Positions 36,220-50,188 of a stretch of 64,000 bases of DNA are shown here, one piece after another. This DNA is from Laetmonice hystrix. Its lineage: Eukaryota. The stretch is taken from assembly GCA_965235115.1 (NCBI GenBank), contig OZ249440.1:9052001-9116000 (forward strand), written 5' to 3'. The position numbers and the translations under genes were made by a program. Under the pieces are notes generated by a model. It saw only the letters and a list, made by a program, of their open reading frames with translations. It ran no database searches and was not told where the DNA came from. Numbering within the stretch: position 1 is the first letter of the stretch; every line of letters begins with the position of its first letter.

Positions 36220-37058
36220 GCTGGGTCTGTGACCTCCTAAGGCCCCAGTTACTGGGACTGTGACCTCCTAGGTCCCAGTTGCTGGGTCTGTGACATCCTA
36301 GGTCCCAGTTGCTGGGTCTGTGACCTCCTAATGCACCAGTTGCTGGGTCTGTGACCTCCTAGGTCCCAGTTGCTGGGTCTGTGACCTCCTAGGTCCCAGT
36401 TGCTGGGTCTGTGACATCCTAAGGCCCCAGTTGCTGGGTCTGGGACCTCCTAATGCACCAGTTGCTGGGTCTGTGACCTCCTAAGGCCCCAGTTGCTGTG
36501 ACCTCCTAGGTCCCAGTTGCTGGGTCTGTGACCTCCTAATGCACCAGTTGCTGGGTCTGTGACCTCCTAGGTCCCAGTTGCTGGGTCTGTGACATCCTAA
36601 GGCCCCAGTTGCTGGGTCTGGGACCTCCTAATGCACCAGTTGCTGGGTCTGTGACCTCCTAAGGCCCCAGTTGCTGTGACCTCCTAGGTCCCAGTTGCTG
36701 GGTCTGTGACCTCCTAATGCACCAGTTGCTGGGTCTGTGACCTCCTAGGTCCCAGTTGCTGGGTCTGTGACCTCCTAATGCACCAGTTGCTGGGTCTGTG
36801 ACCTCCTAAGGCCCCAGTTGCTGTGACCTCCTAGGTCCCAGTTGCTGGGTCTGTGACCTCCTAATGCACCAGTTGCTGGGTCTGTGACCTCCTAGGTCCC
36901 AGTTGCTGGGTCTGTGACCTCCTAATGCACCAGTTGCTGGGTCTGTGACCTCCTAATGCACCAGTTGCTGGGTCTGTGACCCCCTAAGGTCCCAGTTGCT
37001 GGGTCTGCGACCTCCTAATGCACCAGTTGCTGGGTCTGTGACCTCCTAAGGCCCCAGT
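36220..37058. repeat. 30/31/24-bp variant minisatellite, 28 units, with higher-order structure
   Basis: Core GCTGGGTCTGTGACCTCCTA plus one of GGTCCCAGTT, ATGCACCAGTT or AGGCCCCAGTT, and a 24-bp deletion variant. The six-unit 178-bp block 36372-36549 is repeated at 36550-36727. Confidence 0.97.
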
Positions 37059-39442
37059 GGTCCCATATAACAATCTGATGAGGTTTGGAGGTTGCGTGTT
37101 GGTAACTATTGAGGTTGCATCCACAGGCACGCCTGATATGATATCTCCGGCTGTTGTCCACGGCCCGGCCAGCCGGCTCCGGCGGCACACGTTATATTTT
37201 AATCAGTGCGTGTTGGTAAGGATGCCAGTCTGGGAGAAACCGGTAAATAGCATCAGAGGCTCCCAACAACAATCCAATGTTGTGTGCCGTCTGTGGTGGT
37301 GGGGGTGGTTGGGGTAGCGGTTGGATGGAGAGCACCCAAAGGGCCGTACAGGGCTGGCAACACTCGCTGCATCTTCCCACGACAAAACAAGCTCATTGCT
37401 AGTTCATGCACTCAGTCCAGCTTGCAGGCCTGCAATAGCCAGCACACAGAGAGACGGGTAAAATTACCGGCCAGTTCTGCCACCGGTTGGGAGGAGGTCG
37501 GCCACAGCCATTACCACCGAGCAATATGCCGAGAAGGTCATTTACAGCGGATGGCCCTGTCTGACTGGTCGACGTCAATGGAGGCGGCCGGCGGCGGGCC
37601 GCAGGCGGGGCGTGCTGGCATTCCGTGGTGTGACCACGCCGGGCCCGCAGGCTCAGGCCTGGCCAGCCTTGACAGCACGGATTGTAAGCCATGCACCGTC
37701 TCCAGACTGCCAATCGCTTGACCGGGGCTATTGGGTGCAGGGGGAAAAACATGTCCCGAATGGACGGCTGGTATCTGATGGTCAAGCCGCTGGCACGGGT
37801 CATCGGGGTTAAATTGATGGGGAGCCCATACGTGACCTTCATCTCAAGTTAACCTTGACCTCAATTCCATCCGCCGATTGGCTGACCTGTTTGGAACGTT
37901 CGGCGGGCAAGCCTGACGTACGCTAGATTCCGAATCGATGAGTGATGATCAAGAAATGTTTTCATTTGGTCACAAGTCCAAAGCTACATGTGCGCAGCAT
38001 GTAAGGTTTGGGTGTTTGATTGGGACCTACAGATTTGCGGTGTGGTGTGTTTCCGGGCTTCAAAGGGTTAAAACCCGACAGTGTTGACATGGAAATAGAT
38101 CACAGGGAAGGAGTCAGTGTTGGGGGTTGGTGGGTGGAGGGGAGGGCGGGCAAACTGAGGAGGCATGTAAAGATTGACTATGAAAGGTCAGGGTTTGGGG
38201 GGGGGGGGGGGCGAAGCTGTTTTCCGATGTCGAGTGACGATTGAGTTATGATCACTAAGGGAACATCCGTTGGTGAACCCGGATGTGTTGTTGTCGTGAC
38301 AGCGATGACAGTTGGCGATTGACTGAGATTATAGCATTCATCAGGCATTAGTTATTGATGGCTGAGGCCTGGCCCGCCAAACGAACTCTACCACTTGGAA
38401 TGGTTGATCACAGGACGTCTGGCTTGAAACGCCTGTAATTCCTGTCTTTTTGCTTGGTGGTGGGCTGACCACTGACTACTGACCAGAGGATAGAGGCAGG
38501 CGGTTGAGGCAGTGGGGTCACATACTGGACACTGTCCAGTGGGGATTGAGAAGGACACTGTATGACCTCAATTATTTCAGTTCTGGTTTGGTCAGGAGAG
38601 AAGTATGATAAATGGATAAATGTATATAGAATACTGACCTGCGTATAATCTAGCTCGGCGTGCTGTATTACAGTAATACAGTAGAAAAAAAATGTGCCAT
38701 TAAAATGTAGCTTTTTGAAACTGATCTCGAGGTATGAGGGTAGGTTGTGGTTGGAAATATGTTGGATAACAAAATCAAATCAGTTGAGCTCAATTTGACG
38801 TGCAGTTTTAAGATGGAGAAGCAACTGCATCGAGTACCTAAAAACAAAACATGAGCGGGCGAGGGGATATTACAGCTCGAAACCAATGTTACACTCACTT
38901 AGGTGTGCACTAACGTTATGAATCTGATTTCTAACAACGCTAGCAGGCTGCTGGGCGTTCGTTTTTATATATAAAGAAAACAGCATCATTTGCAACCTGG
39001 GGATGAAATTGATTTTCTTTTCGGTGTTGCTGTCGACGGCGTGTGGCAACGTTTATGTGGATGTAAGTCAGTAACAAGATATGAAATGTGTGTGTACGAG
39101 TGAGAAGTTGTCGCGAGGTTGCAGTAGTTGAGGTTTTTATTGTATTGTGTATCGAATATACAAAAGACATTTAAAAGGATCTAATGTTTCAAGTTGCCTT
39201 CAGCGGCTCATTAGCTCAGTTCTATCACGTAGAGTTACAGAAGAACAAACAAAATGGAATAATACTCCCCAACAGATCGAGGGGACTAGAATGGAAATTT
39301 TCCACGTCTGTGATCGGTCGTTAGCGGCGCCGAGTCAAACGAATTTGACGTCTCTAATTAGAGGCAACTTGGGAGAGGGATGACTGTACGGGAATCCTAA
39401 CGACTGGCACTGAGAGAGATGGTAGGAGAGTCACCGCCAGGT

Positions 39443-39509
39443 GGAGTTAGGAGGTTTGGGGCAGGAGTTAGGAGGTTTGGGGCAGGAGTTAGGAGGTTTG
39501 GGGCAGGAG
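39443..39509. repeat. 21-bp tandem repeat, 3 copies
   Basis: Unit GGAGTTAGGAGGTTTGGGGCA. Confidence 0.93.
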
Positions 39510-41741
39510 TCGATAGGCTATCATGTAGGAACAGGTTGGGTTAGTTGATATTGGCTTGTAGTGAGGATTATTGACATATATATTACCCCGTACTCGTCAC
39601 ATTATGAGGTGCAGTAAATGTGCTGTAGATAGAATGCAGTTGTCAGGGTGCAATAGCCTAGGCTGTAACGAGGAGGGGTAGTGCTGTGAAGTGCAGTTGC
39701 CTATGTGCACTAGTTTGACGAAGTGCCGTTATCGGTGTAAAATAGTCGTGTAATATCAGTACATTAATGTACAGTAGATATGATGCGCAGCCGACAGTAG
39801 TGTAATATCGTGTGACATAGAAGAAATGCAGATGACGTGACACATGACTCCTCGACTATATCGCTCCAGTACCGGCGACGGTTGAACAAGAGACCTAGTC
39901 TTAACGATCACGCCGATTTTTTTAAAAAGCGTTGCTGTTTGGCCGAAGTTTTCACGCCAGAGTAAGCTAATTTGAATAAACAATCGCGAAACGGTGGCAT
40001 TTATCAGGTTCGATTCATGGCAAATGCATCTGTTTGGATGGATAACGTTAGACTATGTTTTTTGTGGGTTATGTGTCAGGTGACGTGCCCACGTGACTGT
40101 GACGTCAAAACCTGGGCAGACAGCTCAAAGTGTCGCAGCCCGCCATCAGCAGCGCGGGTTCGGTGGGTCAATGCGATAAAGGTGTGCTACTTGGAAACTG
40201 AAAGGCTGTGGACGACGGGAGGTGATGGAGCGGGGCAGGTGAACGATGGATGGATAGGACTGATGGCAGGTCGCAGTAGCTGTATCCATTATGGGACATA
40301 ATCCATAACCGTTATGACAGTGACGAATAATACCGTCCTAGGTCTGGTCTTGGTCTTGGCAGGTATCGTTGACTAGAACCAACAGTCGGCAACTAGCACT
40401 TTGGACCGTTGGCTATTAGCACAGCTCGGGCAGCGTCAAACTGGGCACCTGTACCCGAGCGTGTCCTGGGTAGTGTTTGGGTGTGGGGTTGTGACTGGGG
40501 TTCAGATGGAATCAGGTGGTTGTGTGCCCTGGATAGTGTTAATACCAGTCCTGTGTGATGTTTGAGGCAAACATTGCGTGCAGGACCAGCTCTGGAGCCG
40601 GTATGGTGTCCTGGACAATGTCAAGGCCAGGCGTCATTTCCCTAGGTGCTGGAGTTTTAGTGCCTGTAAAAAGAATAAAACCTTTGTTTTTCTCCATTGG
40701 AACATTTTCTGTCGTATGCCAGGCACATGTGGTGATGTGTCTGTCCCACAGAGTGGGGATGGCAATAAGTTATGCTGGTGGTGGTGATGAGATGTGGAAG
40801 GGTTTCTGGGACAGTGGCTGTCCGGTACTGTTGTTACTGGACACGGGTTCCGCCAGATGTCACTCGATTATTGTGTCCATTGGGGGTGTGGGATTAGACC
40901 GCGGTGATCTCAGACGGGAAAGACAAAAAGAAAGCCCCGCCAATGAGAAGGGGGGGGGGGGTTGATGTTAGAAAGGTAAGAGTCAGAGCTAGAGAGATTT
41001 CTTGGTTGACAAGAGCTCATGACCGAAATGCTTGTTGTCTTTGCTCCCACTTGTTCCCAGAAGAACAAGGGTTAACAGTACTTTTGTGGGGTTTTTTTTG
41101 TTTTCCTTTCTTTCTTTTTTTCCTGAGGGGCGAGCAAAGACCTTGGCCACCGCCCTTGTTGAAGCCCACGTGCACTGTCCACCGAACGGTAATGCCACGT
41201 GCCCCAGCGTTAATACCCCTGGCCTTTAAACTCCTCTCGCTGCGGCCAGGCCTTTATCAGGACTCGAAAGTAAAGGCTGAAGGCAAACAGGTCGGGGAAG
41301 TCCATGGAGAATGGAACGGGCATTAGACATGCCATGCCTTTACCATGCCAGCGATGGTCCTTTGGTCACTGACGGCAGCACCAATAGAGGAGCAGCTTAG
41401 GCGCCGGCTATGAGGGCAGAGCGGGCGGAGATGGAAAGTTCTTTTAACATTGGCGGTGGAATTGAAAGGTCGTGGGGGGAGGGGGGGGGGGCGGTGGTAG
41501 TTTGTAAGAGGACAGAGATAAAGGGGATGAGCTGATCTACTGGTGGACTTTACTGACTTTCACACGTCCGGATTTTATTTAAGGTAAAATTAATAAGGAT
41601 AGATGAGGATTTGGATGTGCAGAGCTATTGAATAAAATCAGGTCGTCAGTAATCCGGGCATGGCGCACTGACCGTGGGAAGCGTGCACCAACCATGTTCA
41701 CTAAACATATTCACTGTTCACTAGGATAATCTGATTCTATA

Positions 41742-41919
41742 CTGAACGGCAATGGAAACGCAGGAGGATGTGCGAGTTGTTTTGGTTTGAGAACAGGAAT
41801 GCTGTTTTCTGAGTAGTCGATCACACGTCTGGCTTCTTGTCAAATATCAAACGTGACTGTACCTTTCAAATAAATATTTGAGCTATATTTTCAGCCTATT
41901 CGTTTTCATTGCCGTTCAG
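41742..41919. mobile_element. TA-flanked MITE, 178 bp (Tc1/mariner-like)
   Basis: TIR CTGAACGGCAATGGAAACG versus reverse complement of right end CTGAACGGCAATGAAAACG (18/19); TATA on both sides. Confidence 0.88.
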
Positions 41920-44313
41920 TATATAAACAATAAAATGGTACAAACTAAACGTATCACTGCGCCGAAGGACCCATAGCCAATATAGAAGAGCTGACTCGAG
42001 GAGGGCCAGGTTGTTCATACATAGTGAGATGGCATCCCAAAGTTGCCCTTGTATCATGATGTAAGTTTAAAAACATTGCTGGACGAATTCTGGATGAATG
42101 AAATGTGAGTTGTGTCTTTGGGGCAGACCGCGGGGTCTGGTTCTCATCCTGTCAGACTTCTCACTCCACAAATTTTTGTCCCGGAGCTCAGTCTAGATCA
42201 CCGAAGGGGAGATTTGATGGTATTGAGCACAAGGGGAAAGGGGACAAAAATATCTACGTGCAAACGGTTTGATGGATTATGGGCGCCGCAATGTTGGCAC
42301 GTGGAGAATGGTAGTAATGTGTCGTCCCAGAGCAGGTCTGGCAGCTCGCCTCAGACGGTACCAACCCCCAACCCCCCCAAGGTTTGTGAAACCAAAGCAC
42401 AGCCGGCTGGTGGATGGCTTTATAAGGTTCATTGTGCTGAGGAAGCAGGGCAGAGCGAGGGGTTGGTTCTGGAGGTCGGGGAGTAAGCTGTTCAGCCGCC
42501 GTCACCTCCGCAGCTGAGTGACCAATGGACAGGGGGATGCAGCCCCGACTTGGAGGGCCTTTGAAGGCAATGATGACCACAACTATGCTCTGCGCTCCCG
42601 ACGGGGCAAGGCAAAACGAGGTCCTGCTCACGTTATTTCATACGTGGGTAATGAGTTGAAGCCAGAGCAATATAGGCTGGGGCCAGGAGGCGGACGGTGG
42701 GCAGATTGGGATATTGTTCTGGTCATTTGCAGGCTGGATATAGAAAGACAGTGACGTCTGAGGCTTATAAATTGGCAGTGCGTCGTCTAGTAGATTGATG
42801 TGCGTCTGGGAGACTAAATTGACCCTAATCTGAGAATTTTGAGGGGCCAGTAGATGAACAGTCCGCTTAGTGGGCGCAAGGTGTTAATCAATTCCAAATA
42901 CGGTCCCCACTGACGTGCTGCGTGCACTCCGGTAACTCTTCCTCCCTGACTTGTACAGTGGTAGGGGTTCAGGCCATTGGAAACCGTCGTCAGTGGTTGC
43001 CAGGTTGGCAAGTGTTGGCCTGCGAGAAAAAAGTTAAAAAACAGACTGCTGCAGAGGTTGTGGCCCCGCTGTGGTCGGTACGTCGACGGTATGCTGACGG
43101 CTCAAGTTGCCCTTGACAACGGATTTACAAGACGGCAGCGGGAGGGAGGCAGCGACGACGCCGAAGTGTTTTTTTTTATTTTGAGGAGGTCGCCAAGATG
43201 GCAGTGACGGCGGAGTCTTGTTTTGTTCCAACCGTAACAGCGTCATCTGAGTGAAAGAATACACTTGTGATTCTCTTGTAATCCGCCAGGGGCGCTGGTG
43301 TCTGTTGCGTGGCCCCAGATGCGCTGAGACCATGTCCCCGGGTCGGACCGTCTTTTCAAGGGCATGGTGACCTTGACATGTTCGGTTGAGAGTAGGGCCC
43401 TGTGACGTAGCCCGTTTCACATGATCCTAGTCTGCTTTTATCACCCCGTACTCGCTACTGTAGATCAAACCTTGGCGACATTTTCAAAGGGGGGTGGGGC
43501 GGCAAACGCTGCCAAAAGAGGCTAGTGCCTTGCGTCACATGAGTCAGTAATAGGGTATTCATGAAAGGTCCTGGAGCCAAGGAAGCCTGCAAGGGCGAGG
43601 ATTGCCGTTGACAATAAGACAACCGCCTATAATCTCTCGACGGAACCCCTTGGCGGCAAATGGAATTGAAGACATTCAGAGGGGGGATGACAGATGCACC
43701 CAAAGGGCACCATGTTTGTGCACCCAATGACCTTGGCACACGCCCAGCTCCAACCCAACCCAACCCAACCCATGATGTGGATTGAAACCGCTCCCCCCCC
43801 CCCCCCCATACGCCGGTGATGGTGTCAATTGGCGGAAAGATGTCATGTTGGGTGTGTGATTGGATAGGATGTTGTGTGATTGTAGACGGTAGAGATTGAG
43901 TCGGTCGATCGCAGGCTCCGGCGAGGGGGTGGAAGAGTAGGGTTGGGGGGCGATGACACACCTGGCTACGGGATCTCGGGTTGGAGAACAACCCCTGGTC
44001 GACAGGTACACGGGAGGACGGGGGGTTAAATCGTTTGATGAACAAAGAAACCTTTGATCTTTCAGAAAGAGTTGCTGTTGCAGTACGTACACATGGCAGC
44101 CATCAGCGCCCTGTGTGTATTGTAGTCATAAATCTGGGTGAAGGAAACGCTTTGAGCTGCTATCACATCGACACGAAGGTGACACAGAAACATTGAGGTT
44201 GTCAGTCCTTGTGATGGTATAAATAAACATCGTATTCATGGCGCGAGGAGAGAAAGCATAACTTTGATGTTGGGTGACGAGGTGGAAATGACGGCGAGTC
44301 TGGTGGGCTGAAA

Positions 44314-44361
44314 ATCGCAGCATAGATGGGAAATCTTATCGCAGCATAGATGGGAAATCTT
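44314..44361. repeat. 24-bp tandem duplication
   Basis: ATCGCAGCATAGATGGGAAATCTT occurs twice in tandem. Confidence 0.9.
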
Positions 44362-44435
44362 GGCTGTAATAGATGGGGAAAGGGCCTGTGTCTGCTGAGG
44401 GGATCATGGCTTCAGCTGGGGGCAGTAAGACGTAG

Positions 44436-44641
44436 ACTAACAAAAAGGGACATCAGAGGCCTGATTTACTAACAAAAAGGGACATCAGTGGCCTGATTTA
44501 CCAACAAAAAGGGACATCAGGGGCATGATTTACTAACAAAAAGGGACATCAGGGGCCTCATATACATTGTACTAACAAAAAGGGACACCAGGGGCCTGAT
44601 TTACTAACAGAAAGGGACATCAGGGGCCTGATTTACTAACA
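44436..44641. repeat. 32-bp minisatellite, about 6 copies
   Basis: Unit ACTAACAAAAAGGGACATCAGGGGCCTGATTT. Confidence 0.93.
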
Positions 44642-47600
44642 GTGATCCCCAGCAAAGTCCCCAGATCAGGGATATCCCCGTGGTGAGGTGTCTTAATAAA
44701 AAGTCCCTCCATTGAAACAGTGTTGGGGGAAATGTCCCCAATATGGGGCTGTCCCCATTTTAACAACTTCTGTTATTTCTGAAGCTGAGTCAGATCGGTT
44801 AAAGTGTAAGTAGATCTGAAGTTTTAAAAAATCACTGGTCCAGGCGTCTCATTCTGGTCATGTCACCTTTTGTTATAGTTTTCGGAATTCAGAATTCTTG
44901 GTGTGAGGATTATTTTCTCTCCTCACCCCCCCCCCCCCCGCGGTATTATCCAGGTGATCAGTGAATCCACTACATGCTGGGGTTAATCCCGGTATGTTGA
45001 TTTAACGTTTTTCAGGTGAGATTAGCCGTCAGAACTAGAACCTTTAACTTCTAAACGCACGGCCAATTGTATACACAGCCGGTGGAGTCAGTGCCGGGAA
45101 ACGTGATTTCACGCTCAATAAGTTGGGAGGCGCTCTCAAGGGTCGGTTGAAGGGGTTCTTTGCTCCACCAGTCTGCTGACAGGTGGAAAGGTGGACAGGC
45201 AGGTCTACGTCAAAATGCGCGCAAGTCAAGTGCTCACAACACTTAGCAGAAAAGCAACATTTGCTCACAAGTATTTTTAGGATTTGAAAGGAAGTTCAAC
45301 TTTAAGGATATGGATTGTTCCGGTGTAAGAACAAAGGTATTTGTTTACTAATAGACCTCAGCGTAACATATTGAACATTTTGTGTCAATTGACTCCAACG
45401 AAATATATGTCAGAATGAAAGATTGCTGGAGACATACATCCCTTTTGTTTTATTATATTGATGATAGATATGTTTACCATATGATCCTTGAACGAACTTA
45501 CAAAATAAACAACCCCACGTTCTCACACCTATGTGAAACTTCATAATTAAAATTGAAGTAATTATGTGCAGTTGTGATTTTTCTTAGCATTCTTAGCATT
45601 TCCTTGTGATTTTTAATGTTGTCACCTCGGCGTGGTGGCGTGTTTGCGCGTGTTTGTTGCTAGCCACTTCAGGTATGGGTGTGGGTGTCTCTGTGTGGGT
45701 GTGGGTGTGTCGGTGGGTTTGGAAGATCGTCATTAGCAGAGAACACAGACCACCGATACTTGATAGTGCAATCTTGTTGGGAGGAGAATTGGGTCAAGTG
45801 GGAGGACGTGCTAGGCGGGTTGATGGTGTGATTTGTAAGGTTGGCACGTTGTGAGATGGTAGGTCCACAGGCAGGGATGGATGGGGAAGGGAGGAGAGCA
45901 GGTCAGGGATGTTGTTTAACACATTACAGAGATGGTCAATCTTGTTGATTGACATCTATATTGATCTGGAAGCAACCATCCATAGAGTGATGGTTCCGTG
46001 CAGAAAGGATTGCCCGAGTAACTCTCTACACGCCTTGTCTTCGACTTTTGCTTTTAAAAATAAACGCTGTTTGCTTGACTTTGGGCTGTTTGTTCTGTGT
46101 GCTCACTGAGCCACTGAAAGTTTTGCACCTTAGAGGTTGTTGACTTCGAATCCCCCTGTCAGACCTGAGCTAGACTTTATTCGTCAGCTCACGCCATTCA
46201 CCTTGTTGATGGATGCCCAATTAGCTCAAACCTGAAACCTGGCATGCCCTTTCATTTATGAGGACCCATGATAAGTAATTGGTTCATTAATTTCACAATT
46301 AACCACCGTGCATAGATTAGGGTTTAGCATGAGGAGCGGTCAGAGCGCACGTGTCCGTGAGAGTGTTTCAGAGATTTCCGAGGTATTCCGTTACGACTGA
46401 CCATGAGTTTGATGATTTGGGATTAAACCACGACCTCCCGGTGAAGTGGTTGGTGTGGGGGTATTTTACATAATCTTGGTATGAGATCAAGACGGATCTG
46501 GAAGGGGGAAATGGATTGCACCCCATTTCTATAAGCCGCAGGATATCTTGACAGAAATTTGACAAACTGCCTCGCATTTGCTCCCGACCTTCAGCAGGAA
46601 CAGTTAACTCTGAGGTGTGGGCAGCTGTAAACTAGCACCGGCTATTTGTATACACGGGTGTTGGTGAAATCGGAGGAGGTGGTTGTCATTTTTCTATCTG
46701 ATGGAATCCCAGTTGGGGAAAGAGAACCATTTAAATAGGAACAGCTTTAAGCGTGATTGAGCTGTGGGCTTGGATTGTTCAGAGGCGCGCTCGATTGTTC
46801 CCCGGCCCTGACAGCTCATGTGGCAAGATAGTCACGCTTGACTGCCCACGGCCTGATCCCCCGCCTCTGGCTCGGAGCCGTTGGCGGGGTCAGAGGTCAG
46901 CCGCCTGCCACTGGCGGCACTCGCCAGGTGGGGGAGGTGGTTCCACATGGTTACCTTGATCCGATGTGAGGTAAACTAATGAATGCCATTTAGATGTAAT
47001 CAGTGACTGTAAGGTTGAATGTACAAGGGTGTGTGTGTGGCGGGAGGGGGGCTGGGATGGCCGCGGGCCGCAGCCTACCAGCGCCGCGCTCGGCGTGTGG
47101 CTGATCGTGTGCCAGCAGTCAGAGCGACACCTAGTGCATGGCGTGGTGAGCAGGCAGCTGGCGCCGTGACGTAGCGAGAACTGAAGGTTGTCAAAGATGG
47201 GAACGCCCAGAGGCTGGAGAACAAGGCACTGGTTGTATGACGTAAACAACTGTGACGCAGGCTTTTATTTGTTTAGTTTATTGCTCTAATTTAAAGGGGC
47301 ATTTCATAAAATAGAAAAAAAGAAAATCGTTGCAATGTGGCAGTGATATAGTTTTAAAAATGGCAGACACACGTGGAAGGTTTTCGATAAGTTTATTTTA
47401 CTCATCCAAAGAAGCATTACGTAGCAGAATCACAGTATTGTATGGGGGCGGGGGGGAGGGGAACGGGGCGGAAAAGAAAGAAACGGATGAACCTTTTCAT
47501 TATAAAGAAATGTGAACAACCGAAGATATCGCAAGACACTCCTGACTGAAATGTAGAACAAATAACCTGTCTACTAAAAAAAGGAAATCAGAGACGGTGG

Positions 47601-50188
47601 AAAGTTTTGCTGACTTTAGAATTCTGATGAACGATTTCTGTTTCATATCCGAATATTTCATTCTCCGAAATAAGCCGATTTGATTCTGAATACCGGTCAT
47701 GAATGATTTGTTGAGTCACCTGGCGAATCTTTTCGAATCAGTCACAGTTATCTGGATTCATTGATCATTAAAGACCATTTTTCTAGAGCTGGATAAATGA
47801 CTCTTTTGAGCTTCATAACGAATTTCAAAAGAATTTCGCAGTACTGACCAAGTGAGGAGGAAACTGGTGCTGACTCCATTTATTCGGAGCATAAGAAAGT
47901 TAATGTTCGTAGAGGAATTCTTACCCATTCGTCATTGTCAGTGGTCTTGTCACAAATGAGAACGATGCCGGAATCTTGTGGACTGAGATAATGTTGAAAC
48001 CTTGGCTAATGACAGTGGTGGGGTCTTGAATGTTCTGTGAGGGAGTAGTGCTTGTATTAAATCATCCATGTTCGCTGCTTTGTCCCAGTGATCTTTGAGA
48101 GCTTTCAGTGTTCGAGAGTCAGAGTAACGGTCAGGACCGCCCATCAAGTCATTTGTATCATTTTATGTTGGGGGGGGGGTCGAATTTAGGTTTATTTGAA
48201 AAAAAAGTCATCCTCAGTTGTATAAGTCGAGAGTTCACCTTACCTCTCCATCAAACACCCCTTTTCCTGTTCCCATTTCTTCCATCCACAATCAGTTCTT
48301 CCTTCCCAAACACTTCTTCCTTCCACAATCCATTCTTGCTCCCAATCACATCTCCCTGGTTGTAATAGCGCAGGAAAACCTGCCCCCTAGGTGTGTTATT
48401 AATCGTACAGATTCTAGTCATTACAACTTATCAACTCAATTGTCTATCGCCATTTGTGTGTTGTGGGCGGAAGCGAGTAGAACTCGATGTTTGTAGCTCA
48501 GTGCTGATGTTGTTCTGTTATTTGCTGGTCTGTCCATCTCAGGCGCCAACCAATAGAAGGCGCCCTCACTAATGAACACACTTTATAGATTTGACAGCCC
48601 CCCACCCCCACCCTACTCCTACCTCCACATCGCCTGGTACCATGCCTACAGAGTCATCTACCCCCTTAATATCAATCTGTTAAAAAAAGTGTAGAATGTT
48701 TGTTATTGATGGGCTACATGGGTTGTATTATGTATTGGATGAACACAGGCTTTGGCTTTGGTAAGATGTCTTGATTGGGTCCAGGGAAGTGGGGAGCGAC
48801 TTTGGTGAGGGAGGGCGTCAAGGATGAGGGAAGAGGGGGTGGGGGTGATCATTAAGACCTGAGGGTGGGGGTGGGGGTGGGGGGTGGACATCAGGGTCCG
48901 CATGACTGGATGAAAGGTGGAGTGGTGGTAGGGGGGGGGGGGGGTAGAGTTACCATAGCGGGCAGGTAGAGGCCGTAAGAGACATGATCGCCGTCAGTTG
49001 ACACCATGGTGCATCTGTTGACGTTTGCAGAGCTCATGTTGTACGTGCTGGTGGAGCAGGCGACGCCGGTGGTCGGAAACAGGCGCTGAGTGACATTCTG
49101 GCGACGTTTTGATGAGGTCAAGCAAGGAACCGTCGCCACCATCACTGCCAGCAGGACCACGGAGCTGTCATCCGGCACCCGTAGATATCTAGACAGACCC
49201 CAGGAGAAACCAACCCTCAGTCGGCTAGAGGTGTCGAACAGTAGCTACGAGAGCGCACCTCATGACGTGAATGAGATCAACACAAGCTGCTACAACTGCT
49301 CTCCTCCTCCTCCTCAACCTCCTCTGTCGTATACACATCAAGAATTCTCTGCATGCACACGGCCGCGATGAGTGCTATCGCTTGCCACCAGGGGCGCTGT
49401 AGCTACCCTCAAGTTGTGCAGACAACCAACTCTAGCCACCTCATGGAAGGAATGGGATGCTTTCGTCCGAGCCCAACACAGACAACGCTACCCAGGTAGG
49501 CGACAGTCGGCAGTGCCGAGTAGTAGAGCGGAGTGCTAGATTATTACCCCCCCTTCCCCAAATTTTACAGCAGTAGAGCAGGCTGGTCGATTTTATACCC
49601 CCCCCCCCCCCCACTACCTGCACCGTGTTCTTAATCTTTTCTGATCGCACTTTTTCTTTGCACATATCGCCTATCTGCACCACTGGTTCTTGTCCCGCCT
49701 TGGTTGGTGTCCGGCGATACGCACTGGGTGTTGTACTCCGCCTGATCACCGACCAGTTTGAGGCCTGAGTTAGCACTCTGGTAGAACTGAGAGGATGGAG
49801 ACGTCTGTATTTTATACACACAGAGATAAGGACAGGCGTACGGACATGTATGAGTCTTGGTCGGTCTGTTGAAATGATTTCATTTGCAGGTGGAACCGCG
49901 TCCTTTTTTTCAGCCTGCCGATCCATGCTGTAGTTATTTCGTACGTTGGTGATTGAGTTTTGACATTATTTGCTGTAACTTTGAAACCATTTTTCGTGTG
50001 GATTGATTTATGTTGTTGTTTGTCGCAGCGGTCGTTTGTTTTTGTTTGTTTTTCTGCAAGGAGATACCGAACAGGATTCCTATCTTAGGCGCCAGCTCAG
50101 GTGTTTTTTAGGTCTGTGAATGTCGGCGAATGAATGGACGTCGGACTTGGATGAGTCCACAGATTTTAATCCGGTTCCTGCCTCTGGC

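Noticed and set aside
40831-40851. LLLDTGS retropepsin-like aspartic protease motif in ORF 40555
   Set aside because: Short motif with no flap or GxD motif at the right spacing, no adjacent RT or integrase, and a different frame looks more likely to be coding here.
39585-43454. Shared 12-mer ACCCCGTACTCG (39585-39596 and 43443-43454) as Helentron/HINE-type ends
   Set aside because: Only 12 nt, and I found no partner sub-terminal repeat or 3' stem-loop.
47291-47310. TTAA-AGGGGC as a Kolobok-type terminus
   Set aside because: No matching inverted terminus found; TTAAAGG occurs several times in the window.
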